64,000 nucleotides of DNA from Botryllus schlosseri (taxonomy: Eukaryota). The notes below the pieces were generated by a model. That model had not been told where the DNA came from, did no database searches, and saw only the letters and a list, made by a program, of their open reading frames with translations. This document shows positions 13,289-24,867 of the stretch, one piece after another (the stretch's first letter is position 1; every line of letters starts with the position of its first letter). Where the stretch lies: NCBI GenBank assembly GCA_051294905.1, contig CM119371.1, positions 15,130,001-15,194,000 of the forward strand, read 5' to 3'. The translations under genes were made by a program, and so were the position numbers.

Positions 13289-14544
13289 GTCGGCTATTTT
13301 GGTGGCGAACAAGATGCATGGCAAATATGGCTCAATTCCAACGTGTAGATGTCAAATCATTGAGATACAAAATTAGGGATTTCAAACTTCGCTGGTATAT
13401 ATATTAGGTACATTTTACAGCTAGCTATAGTATCCCGTTCACCAAAGAAATGTTTGAAGCTGGCCCAGAACAATAACGATGAGTTATACGATCTTCCAGG
13501 GCCATCACACTTCAGACACCCAATTAGGGGAGCTCGACTGAACCCAAAATTACTTTTGTTTGTCGTTTGTTCAAGTAGATTTTTGTCGTGCTTTGCGCGA
13601 TTTTTTGTCCCTGTAGGTCTGCATTTAAATATGATTAGTAAGATAAAAAGGTGCTTATAATAGAGAAATATGCAATTGGCGGTGGCGATTACCACACATT
13701 GAAAAGGACTACGACTCTACTCTGTGGGAGGAGATGGATCTCAAGAACACTTTCAAACCCGAAAATGGGCTACGGCCAAAAGATGGCTGAGAACCCCTGG
13801 CTTATTAGCTTCTATATGTTGGAATTAAGCCAAATTTGGCGCGCAGAGTTAAATCGACAATTTCGTTGAAGTAGATGGTAAAGTTTGACTTGGCTGTCAC
13901 ACTCCACCAAGTTCGTCGTGACTTCCTAAAGACGGTTTGGAATCCTTGGATGAATGTGACTTGACATGACCGTCCCACATTACTCACAAACAAACACATA
14001 TAATGACTATTGCTCTACTGCTAATCAATCAAAGTAATCAATCATTTATGTTATAGGACGACGATAAAGGAGAAAACAGGAGAAGACTGTTATCGAGGAG
14101 GCAGAAGTATTGGCTGAAGTGATTGCACAGTTCTGTATCAAGGCCCAATTCTTGCTAACGTATTTTCTTCACCCATGTTTTTTTTTCGTGTTTTGTACTG
14201 ATTTCATGCAGAACAGGAAGCCATATACATGCTGATTTTTGAAATTGGGAATTAGTTTTCCTTCTGAACAAAAAGGCCTACCTCTTGCTGCCTACTTCTT
14301 GCTAATGTATGTTATGTCAGGGACTATTATTTTACCTTCATTCTTCCATTTTTATTCCAATTTTTCGTTGAGGTCTAGTCGAGTGCATTTTTTGTATTTT
14401 GAACTGGTACAATACAGAACAAAAAGCCATACATGATTTGTAAAACTGAGGATTCGTATTCGTTCATGTGTGAAGTGCAGCATATAGCAGGTTTAGCCAA
14501 CCAGGATTCAGGGTCACGCAGGGTCGAATTGTACAAAAAATATC

Positions 14545-14680
14545 TTATAGGATATCGTTGAGGATGTTTATCAAGATATCTTTGAGGATCTCCATCAGGA
14601 TATCTTTGAGGATGTTTATCAGGATATCTTTGAGGATGTCTATCAGGATAGCTTTGAGGATGTCCTACAGGACATCTTAT
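14545..14680. repeat. 24-bp tandem repeat (right subterminal repeat of the EnSpm-like element)
   Basis: aggatatctttgaggatgtttatc, about 5 copies. Confidence 0.85.
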
Positions 14681-16691
14681 ATATATCCATTTCTGTCGAC
14701 AAATGTATATATTTTGCACTTCATTGAAGGACATCTTTTGAACTCATGGAAGATGTTTAAAAAATATCTTTAATAAGTTTTGTGTTTGCTGGGCCTCCAC
14801 GAAAAAAACGCATGATTTATGAAAATATGTATTTAAGCGTCGGCCATTACCACGCCACAAAGACATATGAAGTTTGGGCCAACATGGTTATCCGAGAAGT
14901 GTGCCGAAAAGATCGTAAGCATGAAATCATTAGCCGAAAAGGGTCCCCTTATGTTGACCGTAAACTTCGATATAAATATATATCTAATTGTCCGGGTGCC
15001 TGGATAATTTCTGACCCCGAATCTTCCTGTCGAGGCAATCAGGACACCACATGACAAATGACATCCCGTAGAGAAAAATAATTATTTGGCAGTGAAGAAA
15101 TTCCAATTTTGAATCGTGTGCTTCTTTTAGGCGATTTCAATATCTTTTGACTCTATAGCGCACAGGTCAAGAAATAATAACATGTAACTATAAGTAATTG
15201 CACCAACGGTCACGACCGAACGTGTTTACAAAGATGAATTACGTGCACTAAATATGCCTAGGCAACATGCACTGAACTCCACCGGTAAATCTGATTACGT
15301 GGACTGAGAGGGTGCAAATTTTATAGCAAGATATATGCAATTACCAATATTATTGAACGAATCAATCATGAATTATAGAAATTTTTCGCTCATTGCACGA
15401 TCATACAACTGTAACAACTGTTACAAGTAGTGGTAATAACGTTCGTCGCGACGGGACATCTGTAAAAAGTGTCCTCCTTTTATGTTTTCCAAATATGGTA
15501 AGCCTAATATTGGCCGAAGTCGACGATATTAATAATATGTCCAAGTGCCCAGTTAGCCTACTTTTCGTGACATAAATATTAACGATTTTAATGCGTAGAA
15601 AGTGAAGTCTTGTTTTGACGGTTACCTAATTTTGGCTTGTCCTATTGGACGACTAATATACCGTATTGTCAATTGGTCATCAACCTGTAAGTGGCCCGCG
15701 TAAAGGTTCGTAAACGTCATGTGGTCCTTTGGACGAAAGGGTTGATAAACCTTAGCCTAATGCATTTGTTCTGCACCTTTTGTCTTTTATTTTTAGCCTT
15801 AACGCCAAGACAGTAAGGCTTCTTTCTCAAGTAATATAGAAGTTTTGAGATGCAGCACATTATTTGTAATCATTTTTATTGAAAAGATTGCTTGGACATG
15901 TAGGCTAACTATTTAGAATTTTTTTTTGCAACCTCAAGTTCACTTAGGGCGGCATTTTCAACGAAAGCCAGGGGCGGCAGCATATGCTGCCACGCCACTG
16001 TGTGTACATGTAACAAATTCATTGTAAAAGCCCTGTTCATGGACACATCGTCAGGAGTTCAACAGAAAACATGATCACAGAGTCCAAATTTATTGAGAAT
16101 TCATTAAAATTGCTGGAAGAAGGTGCTAGGTAAAGACTGTGCTAAGAAACGTCATAAAAAAATATTTCACACAGCAATGTTTCCATCACACTCTGAAAGC
16201 AATTTCTAGATCATTCTTAACAATCCACTACACCCCATACAAAAGTGATATGGTAGATGCTGGAAGTCGTCAAAACGAAGTACTTAATATTTTCGAAGTA
16301 CTCAAGTAGGTTCTCTCAAATTGCTCTACTCATTTAAGCAATAAGACTACTTCTACTTTACTATTTTTGGGGTAAAACTACTTCACTTGTACATCATGAA
16401 ATATTTCAGCTAGTTTTGTGGTGAGTTTGCAACGCTTCTGTGAGTGTAATTATCTTAGGCCTAGAAGTAGCCCGTGTTATCGTAGCTAAATCTTCATCAA
16501 TTTTTAGTGTCATCAGTCATTTTAAGCAGTCGAAGATACATTTAAAAATGACAACCCATCTCGACTTAATGTACCTTTTCAAGTTTATTTGAATAATCGT
16601 AGTGCTAATATGTCGAAAATGGACAGAGTGTAAATTTGTGGTGTGATCTCTAATGGACCAGTAACGCGGACAACTTTTACCAGCTCGGTGA

Positions 16692-18317
16692 CTACACCTT
16701 AACCATTACGGTTCCGCATACACAAAATGACGGACCTGCATTCAAACGAATGTCATACCATTCCTTCTTCGATAAATCATACTTCTCAATATTATCTGAA
16801 AGGCCACACTCATCTACTGCATAAATCCAGTTGGCGATTAGATATGTAGTAGTCCAACCACGACAAAGAATCATCGGTGGCAACGAAGTCCACTGTGCTG
16901 AAAGGACATCGTAACATTCAACAGAATAAATAGCGTCTCCTTCACCCCAACCACCGCTCACAAATATTCTTTGATCAACTGCAACAACACCACAGTCATC
17001 AAGCGGATATCTCATTGGCTCGAGGTCAACCCACACTGATGACGATGGACTGAATCTGCAGAATGAAGAAATAAAATTGCCATACTCCCCTTTACCTCCG
17101 ATACAGTAGATGTAATCGTTCAATGATACGAGACCTGCATCAGAAATCACTGTAGGTTTGTTCTCCAGTTGGAACCATTGATTTACAGATGCGTCGAATC
17201 TTTCCACGTCCCTGGTTGTCGTAAGATAACTGCCACCGATGACGAATAAGTATCCGGAAGAACAAACAGAGTGAGGAAAGATACCATGGTCACAAATCAT
17301 ACTGTCGGTCTTTTCCCATTTTGAATTTTTGCAATGAAAGTTGAGTCGAAAAACAGATTTAGTCTCGCATAGAACGTAAATATACGAGTCGAAGGTAATT
17401 GCAGCGAAATTCAACGAGGACTGAAACTTCGCTTCATGGAACATTTCTATTTGCTCGGTTACTGGATTGAAGGATCGGAGGCATTCTCCTTCCCGATCAA
17501 AAAGAATAATCAATTCACCAGCAGCATTTTCTTCTTTTGCCTTGTTAGAAGTATTCAAAATATATCCAGCAATTAACTTGTACAATTCATAATCTTTGCT
17601 TATAAGGGGTTGAGTTTGTAAAACATGCTGCAAATACGCCGGAGAGATTTTATCAAAGTGGATCACTTTGAGACCTTCGTGCAAATATTCCTCTTTACTG
17701 TGGCATTTGTCGATCCACTTGAGTAATAACATAAGTTTTTCTTCTTCCCATAATTTGGATTTTCCAGACTTCAAAATACAGAGAAGTTCATCTTTTTCCA
17801 CGCTCCCGAATCCAGCTTGGTTTGCGATTTCCATGATATTTTCTTGTAAAAATTCTCTGCAATTAGAAGACACACCTACCAGTCCATAAATATCACCAAC
17901 ATTTCTTGTAGAGAAGTAATTCTCAGTGGTAATTGATTCAATCAAAATACCGCATATCGCATCCTTTACATCTTCTAACTGCATCATGATTGCGACGTGA
18001 AGAAGTTCGAGCATTTTGCCATCAGGAATCTCAAATTTCCTTGAGTATATGAAATTGATGCAACTTTTCACACACTCGGAATCTACATCTTCTAATACAG
18101 CTCTTCCTTTGCGACTCTCTTTTGTATCATGCTTCAGCATCGCTCTGAAATAATCCGAACCTGCTGACAATATATTTCTGTGAGCGCGATAGACATCATT
18201 CCCGACTTGAACTATGAAATCACAATGATCTTGATCTTGCTTCATTCGATATAATTCCTCCATCATCTTCAATGCACGTTGCTCTGCACGTTTAATAGCA
18301 ACCTGCACCATGATCAT
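16692..18317 (-). CDS. BTB-BACK-Kelch protein, paralogue B
   Basis: Uninterrupted ORF with BTB, BACK and Kelch motifs. First in-frame ATG at 18317; the track start at 18323 is TTG. Confidence 0.93.
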   Translation of the reverse strand: MIMVQVAIKRAEQRALKMMEELYRMKQDQDHCDFIVQVGNDVYRAHRNILSAGSDYFRAMLKHDTKESRKGRAVLEDVDSECVKSCINFIYSRKFEIPDGKMLELLHVAIMMQLEDVKDAICGILIESITTENYFSTRNVGDIYGLVGVSSNCREFLQENIMEIANQAGFGSVEKDELLCILKSGKSKLWEEEKLMLLLKWIDKCHSKEEYLHEGLKVIHFDKISPAYLQHVLQTQPLISKDYELYKLIAGYILNTSNKAKEENAAGELIILFDREGECLRSFNPVTEQIEMFHEAKFQSSLNFAAITFDSYIYVLCETKSVFRLNFHCKNSKWEKTDSMICDHGIFPHSVCSSGYLFVIGGSYLTTTRDVERFDASVNQWFQLENKPTVISDAGLVSLNDYIYCIGGKGEYGNFISSFCRFSPSSSVWVDLEPMRYPLDDCGVVAVDQRIFVSGGWGEGDAIYSVECYDVLSAQWTSLPPMILCRGWTTTYLIANWIYAVDECGLSDNIEKYDLSKKEWYDIRLNAGPSFCVCGTVMVKV

Positions 18318-19295
18318 CACCAACCAGTCTTCAAGGATGAATAAGAGTACTGTCTAGGCTACATTAGATATACCATACTGCAAAAGTAAAGATAGCCGAT
18401 ATTGAATCACCAGGAGTCAAAATACAAACATAATTTCATCACTAGAATACCAGCATTGACAAAATGTATATAACCAATTGCATTAACATTGATTGATAAT
18501 TTTACGAACATGGCAGGTTGGTTAGAACTGCTACACATCTTACCCCAGTGTACTGACATATAAGAGCTGTTAGTGATAAATTATCAGGGTAAATAAAATA
18601 TCAACTTACATGAATTCAACACAATTTATTATTAACAATCTCAACATGTCAATACACCAGAAGACTGTGATACAAGTAGATAGAAAGGTGTCGAAACGAC
18701 ATTGATAATTCTTTGAAATCAGACACCCACCTATCCTAGGCGAAGCAAAATAATAAATGGTTGACGTGCTAATAAAAGCAAAATGCATGTGTTAGGAAGT
18801 GGTAAGTAAAATCAATGATGAAAGAAAACACTGGCTAGGCAGGTTAGCATATCGAATCACAAAATTCATATCTACCTTGCCTTTCATTTGTCAATTTCTT
18901 ACTTACAAAAATATCAGCTAGTACTTTGATTGAAACCGAATGTGTGTTGAATGACAATAATATTCCAATTCAATTTATTAAAAACAATTTGATCATTTAA
19001 TACACCACGATACTGCGATACAACGAAAAAATAGGATTTTGTCGAAACGACTTGGAGTAATCTTTCAGACACCCACCTGTACTAGGCGATGTGTAGGAGG
19101 TGTGTACACTGAATGAAAAGTAGATGCAGGTAATAAAAAAGGAAAGGTAATGACTGTCACAATGTATAACTCGAAACAAGTTTACTTCAGACCCACACGC
19201 GATTAAAACATTACTTTCAAATTAGCCATTACAAATTCATTATTGTATCACTCAACTGAGCCCCGGCACACAGTCATCTGTCTTTTACTCGCTAC

Positions 19296-19478
19296 CAATG
19301 CTCCCTCTAAGCTGCGCACATGCGCAGTGCTTTCACGGTATCTGCGCACAGAAAATCCAAGTTGTGCACAAAAAATCCAAAGTGATGAACTTTTTTGTCG
19401 TTACGCACTGTTTTCAAAGGGTCTGCGCAGTGAGTTGGTGAGTGTGGGCAGACCCGTCAAAAATTAGAGGGAACATTG
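19296..19478. mobile_element. hAT-type MITE
   Basis: TIR caatgctccctctaa / ttagagggaacattg; TSD ctcgctac / cttgctac; also present in the duplicated block (about 49657-49837). Confidence 0.8.
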
Positions 19479-19656
19479 CTTGCTACCCAACTATCATTTA
19501 ACAACAAATATATATGTAAGATCACTTTGATGTTGCAGCACAGCAGAGACTTACGCGAATCTCGAGAATGCATGCTTAAACATTATTCAGAGAGGTTTTC
19601 AGTCAACGCTAGAATATCACATATTCTCAAGAGCCCTCAGTTCAAGTACCACTGAT

Positions 19657-21276
19657 CTATACTCTCACCATTGCAGATCCTCGGGGTCCGAAAATAAAAG
19701 TCCAATAACCATAATCTTTTTTCAAGCTATACCATTTCTTGTTCAATATATCGTACTTCTCAATGTCATCGGAATCGTGATTACAATTCACCGCATAAAT
19801 CCAATTGCCGATGTGATAAACAGCATGGCCCTCATCACAAACATTCATAGATGGTAATGAAGACCACTGAGCTGATGTGACATCGTAACATTCTACATTG
19901 TTGATGAGCTCATTTCCACTCAAACCGCCGGTCACAAATATCTTTCGATCAACTGCAACAACACCACTATCACACACAGGATATCTCATCGGTTCAAGGT
20001 CAACCCACTCTGATGAGGATGGAGTGAATCTGCAGACTGCAGAAACCTGGAAATCCTCATCACCCCCTCCAATACAATACACAGAATCATCCAATGCCAC
20101 GTGACTTGCACCATAATCTGCTGCATGGTTGTTTTCCATTAGAAACCATCGATTTAAAGAAGGATCAAACCGTTCCACAGAATTTAGTTCCGGGTCGTAA
20201 CTTCCTCCGAGGACAAATATTGATCCACACAACGACACCGAGGAAGGATATGTACCATGGCGACATAACATATCTTCCATCCTTTGCCATTTTGAATTTT
20301 TTCTTCGAAAATTGAGTCGATGAACGGATCTATTCCCGCATAAAATGTAAACATATGACTCGAGAACGATGGTTGTAAAAGAATTAAAATGCTTAAACTT
20401 CGCATCGTGGAACCTCGTTATTTTCTCGGAAACCGGATTAAAAGATCGCATACAATCTGCTTCCAAATCTAAAAGAATTATCATTTCTTTTTTGTTGACC
20501 CGTTCAACTGATACTTCCAGGTAATGTCTGTGGATCAACGCATGTGACTTGGCATCATTCCTGATAATGGGATGAGTTTCTAGAAGATGCTGCAAAAATG
20601 TTGGTGAGATTCCGTCAAACTCTATCAATTCGAGACACTCATGCAAATATTCCTTCTTTTTTTGACATGTCTCAATCCACTTGAGCAATACCTTCAGTTT
20701 TTCTTCCTCCCACAAAATCGATTTCTCCGATTCCAAAACACTGATAATATCATTTTTGTCAACGTTACCGAATCCAGCTTGGTTTTCGATCTCTCTGATA
20801 TTTTCTTGTAGAAATTTTCTACACTCTGAAGAAATGTCATCGAGTCCATAAACATCAGCAACGTTTCTTGTAGAGAAATAATTCTCAACAGATATTGAAT
20901 CTACCAAGATTTCGCATATTGCATGCGTCAGATCTTCCAACTGCATAATGATTGCGACGTGAAGAAGTTCTATGATTTTTTCATCAGGAATCTCCAATTT
21001 ACTGAAATATATAAAATCGATGCAGTTTTTGACACATTCGGAGTCTACATCTTGAAGTACAACTCTATTTTCTTGACTTTCTTTCGTGTCATGCTTTAAC
21101 ATGGCTTTGAAGTAATCTGAACCAGCCGACATTATATTTTTGTGGGTGTGATAGGCATCATTTCCGACTTGAACTATGAAATCACAATGATCTTGATCTT
21201 GCTTCATTCGATATAATTCTTCCATCATCTTCACTGCACGTTTCTCTGTATCTTTAATAGCAATCGGCACCATCAT
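19657..21276 (-). CDS. BTB-BACK-Kelch protein, paralogue C
   Basis: Uninterrupted ORF with BTB, BACK and Kelch motifs; first ATG at 21276. Confidence 0.93.
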   Translation of the reverse strand: MMVPIAIKDTEKRAVKMMEELYRMKQDQDHCDFIVQVGNDAYHTHKNIMSAGSDYFKAMLKHDTKESQENRVVLQDVDSECVKNCIDFIYFSKLEIPDEKIIELLHVAIIMQLEDLTHAICEILVDSISVENYFSTRNVADVYGLDDISSECRKFLQENIREIENQAGFGNVDKNDIISVLESEKSILWEEEKLKVLLKWIETCQKKKEYLHECLELIEFDGISPTFLQHLLETHPIIRNDAKSHALIHRHYLEVSVERVNKKEMIILLDLEADCMRSFNPVSEKITRFHDAKFKHFNSFTTIVLESYVYILCGNRSVHRLNFRRKNSKWQRMEDMLCRHGTYPSSVSLCGSIFVLGGSYDPELNSVERFDPSLNRWFLMENNHAADYGASHVALDDSVYCIGGGDEDFQVSAVCRFTPSSSEWVDLEPMRYPVCDSGVVAVDRKIFVTGGLSGNELINNVECYDVTSAQWSSLPSMNVCDEGHAVYHIGNWIYAVNCNHDSDDIEKYDILNKKWYSLKKDYGYWTFIFGPRGSAMVRV

Positions 21277-21406
21277 CACCACCAACCAGTCTTCAAGGAT
21301 AAATAATAGTACAATCTAGGCTAAAATAGATATGCTGCAAAAGTAAAGATAGCAGATATTGAATCAATAGGAGTCAAAATACACACATAATTAATATCAC
21401 ATCCTT

Positions 21407-21517
21407 TCAGACTGGAACTATGAAATCGCAATGATCTTGATCTTGCTTCATCTGCTGTAACTCCTTCATCATACTAACTGCACGTTCCTTCACATGTTGC
21501 AAAACAATCTGCACCAT
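21407..21517 (-). pseudogene. 36-codon 5' fragment of a BTB-Kelch paralogue
   Basis: Translates MVQIVLQHVKERAVSMMKELQQMKQDQDHCDFIVPV*, homologous to the paralogue N-termini. Confidence 0.85.
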
Positions 21518-21619
21518 GATCAACAATGACGTGGAAACTATACAATATAGATAAGTACTGCTTCAAAATTAAATATACTTATGATGTTGACAGATGCTGA
21601 GTAATATTTATGACTAGAG

Positions 21620-23750
21620 TAATATTTACTCGAGTCACGATTTTCTGACGGTTTAACTTGACTATAGTCAGTTTCACAAAATACGCAAATGACTCGACTG
21701 TGGGTAAGTCCATGTCAAATCAACCGCACTCGTCACCACTAGGTCTCAGATTGCAATGAGAATGGAGGGGTAAATCTGGAATCCAGTTCTGACTGCAGTA
21801 AACTTAATTTTGTCAAAATTGGTCCACCCATCACAAAGTTATCGCATTTTAAAAAATGGCCATTTTGTGCTCACCCAGCCATGAAGTTCAATTACTTTTA
21901 CATTACCTGTTACAGTAACGTTTATAAAACAGCATAGTCAAGTACTTGAGAGTGGATTATGGTGTCTAATGATAGAATAGAAGAGATTCTTGCTACTGAA
22001 GGGAAAATTGTCACATAATCAAATGAGGTCAGGGGTTAAAACCCACCTCATAAAGTGACACTTTTCAAAATCGTTCATGCGTAACATGAACTTCAATTAT
22101 ATCCAGCGTAATTCTGTCTACACGAAAATTGGAAAGTAACATGTCATATGAAAGCTTGTTTGGAGAGGAACATGGCTGACATGTTTTGCTAACTAATATT
22201 TGACGGATGGTACCTCTAAATTAACTTTACATAAATACTTCTGAATCCATGGGGTAATTCAATTTGAGATTAATCAAAAGAGAGATTGGGTATCTCTTAA
22301 GTTTCAGATTTTGCTGAAATTTGGCTTATAACACCATGAAGTATATCCAAGTAAATATCAATTTGTTTTAAATGAATTACATAAGTAGTTTTCAAGTTAT
22401 TGCATGATAAAGAACAATCTTTTTATGCTCATCCATTCGTGAAATCCAAGTAATTTTTTAGGCTGATTTGAAATTTTCTGTAAATGGGCTATTTTGATAA
22501 TTAGAGAGTTGTTCTATTTGTTATGTTGTATAAAGTGATCTATTCTATCATGCAGGACAAAAATTACTGATTTTTAGTTGACATCTCAAAATGTAACTCA
22601 TTAACCCCAGAAACCACTGAAGCGTAACAACAATACTTCAGCGGTCTCTCTCTCGTTTCTGTCTGTTTCAAAATTTTTGTAAATGGTGTCATATGAAAGC
22701 TGTTAGAACAAAGAATTTCCAGAAAATGAGTAACATGCTGGAGTTTGTCTCAAGGTAACACGGCAACTAGAATATCGAACATCATTTTTTAGGAAAATCA
22801 CTACATTTTCATGACCTGAAATATACCCTGTTTTGAAAACTTTGTAAGTAAATATTACATAAAAACTTATTTTCTAAGGAATCTATGTTACATCAGCTTT
22901 CATTTGCCACCCTTCATAACTTTTTTCAAGTAGACAGAAATGAGAGGGAGACTCCTGAAATATTGTCATGCTTGAGTGATTTCCAGAGGTACCGTCTTTT
23001 ACCTTGAGCTAAATTCTGGGCCGTGCACCAAAAATCATTAATTTCGCACTTGAATGATAGAATAGATCAATTTACACAACATAACAAAGTGAACAACATT
23101 TCAGGGTCAAAGTAGCTCATTCACAGACAATTCCAAATATACTTAAAAACAGCCCTTCAATTTCACGGTTGAATGGGCATGAAAAGCCTGTTTTTCATCA
23201 TGCGATAACTTTGAAACTACTGAAGTAATTCATCTCAAATAAATTGTGATTTAGTGAGCTATACTTCATGATGTTTTGAGCCAAATTTCAGCAAAATCTG
23301 ACACTATGTGGTGACGAAATCCATTTTTTTGGTTGATCAGACATGGAATTACCCCTGTGTATTGACTCGACTTGGACTCAAGTCATTGCGCATGACTCGA
23401 ACCAAGTCATATGACTCGAGAATCATACGGCTAAGACCGACATTTCATTATAATGTCTGAGAATAGTAAAGTAACTGCACTATTGATATTTCGTCTATTG
23501 GTTTGGTACTGTACTTCAAAATTCGACCAAAACTGCTAAAAGTGAAAAAATTAGTATAAATGGGATCCCTTCGATATCGATAAACAGAGTTATAAAAGTG
23601 GGTGTAACAAGACGTTAACTGGGAGCTGAGCAGTCAACACAAGGACTTGACTCGGTTGTGAATTGAAAATGACTCGACTTGACTCGAGACAAAACTATAA
23701 AAGTGAGATTGACATGTGACTCGGAGTCTTCTGACTTGGTTACAACCCGG
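21620..23750. mobile_element. gactcgagtc-rich MITE interrupted by the 21702-23354 element
   Basis: Matches the uninterrupted copy at about 51923-52407 and a reverse-oriented relative at 41073-41576. Confidence 0.7.
21702..23354. mobile_element. Sola2-like non-autonomous DNA transposon with long internal inverted repeat
   Basis: Ends gggtaagtccatgtc / gacatggaattaccc, 4-bp TSD ctgt, absent from the duplicate (about 52005). Superfamily is tentative. Confidence 0.7.
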
Positions 23751-24867
23751 CTGTAACCTGGTACATAACAAATAACTGAACAGAAACTTGACAGTAACAT
23801 GCTCGGATGTTGGCTAGCACCTCCAGCATCCTCTGCAGACGGATGCTGTGCTAATCTGACGTTGAAGCAAGAAAGAAGCTCGATCGGTTAGGGGAACTCC
23901 CGAGTTTGTCTGTGGCTTAATCCCGCCAACTGATGGCGTTAATTTATCGTACCAGCGTCTTGCTTCAGAAAATTTACTTATTTCCCAGATACAATAGTTA
24001 CGACCGTTTTACTGGGTCGTATTGACTGCGATACAACGCGCGATATGGCTGAAAGAACGGTACCGTATGAAAGGAACCACGTAACCTGCTGCCAAAATTA
24101 TATAGACAGACACTTTCGTGAAAACGTATTTGTCATTCCATAATCCATATCTATTTCACGCGGAACACGACGAAATTTTGGGAATTTACTTAACTTTTGG
24201 GAGAAGTAAATAAGTGTTGGTATCCCACAATATCAGTCTCTAAATTCCATTACCTCGCTGTCTCCCTGACTCCCTCCCTCTCCCAAGCCTTGGTCATTAT
24301 TGATGGACCAAGGTTACATCGCTGTCGATGTGTCTGGCAGCACACTTCGTTTGTGCTACCGTGCATTACTCATCCTTGGTACTCAAGTAGAAGGGACGTC
24401 AAGAGTTTTCCCGTATAGTAAAAATAGAAGTAACGACGTTTAATTCAAATGTTGTCAAACAGGTGCAAGTGGAAGTAAAAAAATGATTATTAGAAAAATA
24501 ACCAATCAGGGCCTTGAGTACTGAAAAAAAATATTTGATTGAGTGCTCTATCTTAGCGAGGAGGAGGGTTCTTTCAAAATTACAGGGAATATCTTCACGA
24601 TTACCGGAAAATATCTACAAATCGCTGCAATTTTTAAAAATCACTATATTCCGTGATGCAGTCGCCATAGCCCAGTTGGTATTTTACTCATGGGAACATA
24701 CCGCAAAATTACAATCCACGTCACAAAATCTAAAATTCATACAATAGGTTTGTCTAGAAATTTAGTCGGCGAGGAGTCTAACATCACACGAACTTGAGTA
24801 CGGTAAGTGGTGCAATTGTGCAGATCCTAATTGAGTTCTCCCAAAAATTAGAAATAATGTGTTAGAC

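Larger units (their letters stand above)
7875..14120 (+). pseudogene. Multi-exon accessory gene relic of the EnSpm-like element (DUF4806-like C-terminus)
   Basis: AG/GT-bounded pieces at about 7875-8082, 10189-10338, 10413-10652, 10846-11129, 12096-12267, 12643-12731 and 14057 onward. They give ...GLHGEQLASTVRNIMTSIAVKDVWQLFSVKG...KRSFQNVNLYKTITRACK..., with stops and frameshifts. Domain name from motif recall. Confidence 0.55.
4850..14793. mobile_element. EnSpm/CACTA-superfamily element with subterminal tandem repeats and decayed accessory gene
   Basis: TIRs cccagcaaacac / gtgtttgctggg, 2-bp TSD (cc), subterminal repeat arrays at both ends. Confidence 0.7.
3830..16000. mobile_element. Decayed hAT element acting as outer container for about 12 kb of nested insertions
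   Basis: TIRs cagtggcgtagcagc / gctgccacgccactg; hAT dimerisation-domain relic at 4014-4172; whole span absent from the duplicated block (about 46075-46340). No matching TSD. Confidence 0.7.

Noticed and set aside
14375..14773. Repetitive HPQRYPD and ISLRM ORFs
   Set aside because: Products of the 24-bp subterminal repeat.
17668..20315. Short plus-strand ORFs antisense to Kelch genes, conserved in the duplicate
   Set aside because: Shadow ORFs; their conservation follows from the recent duplication.
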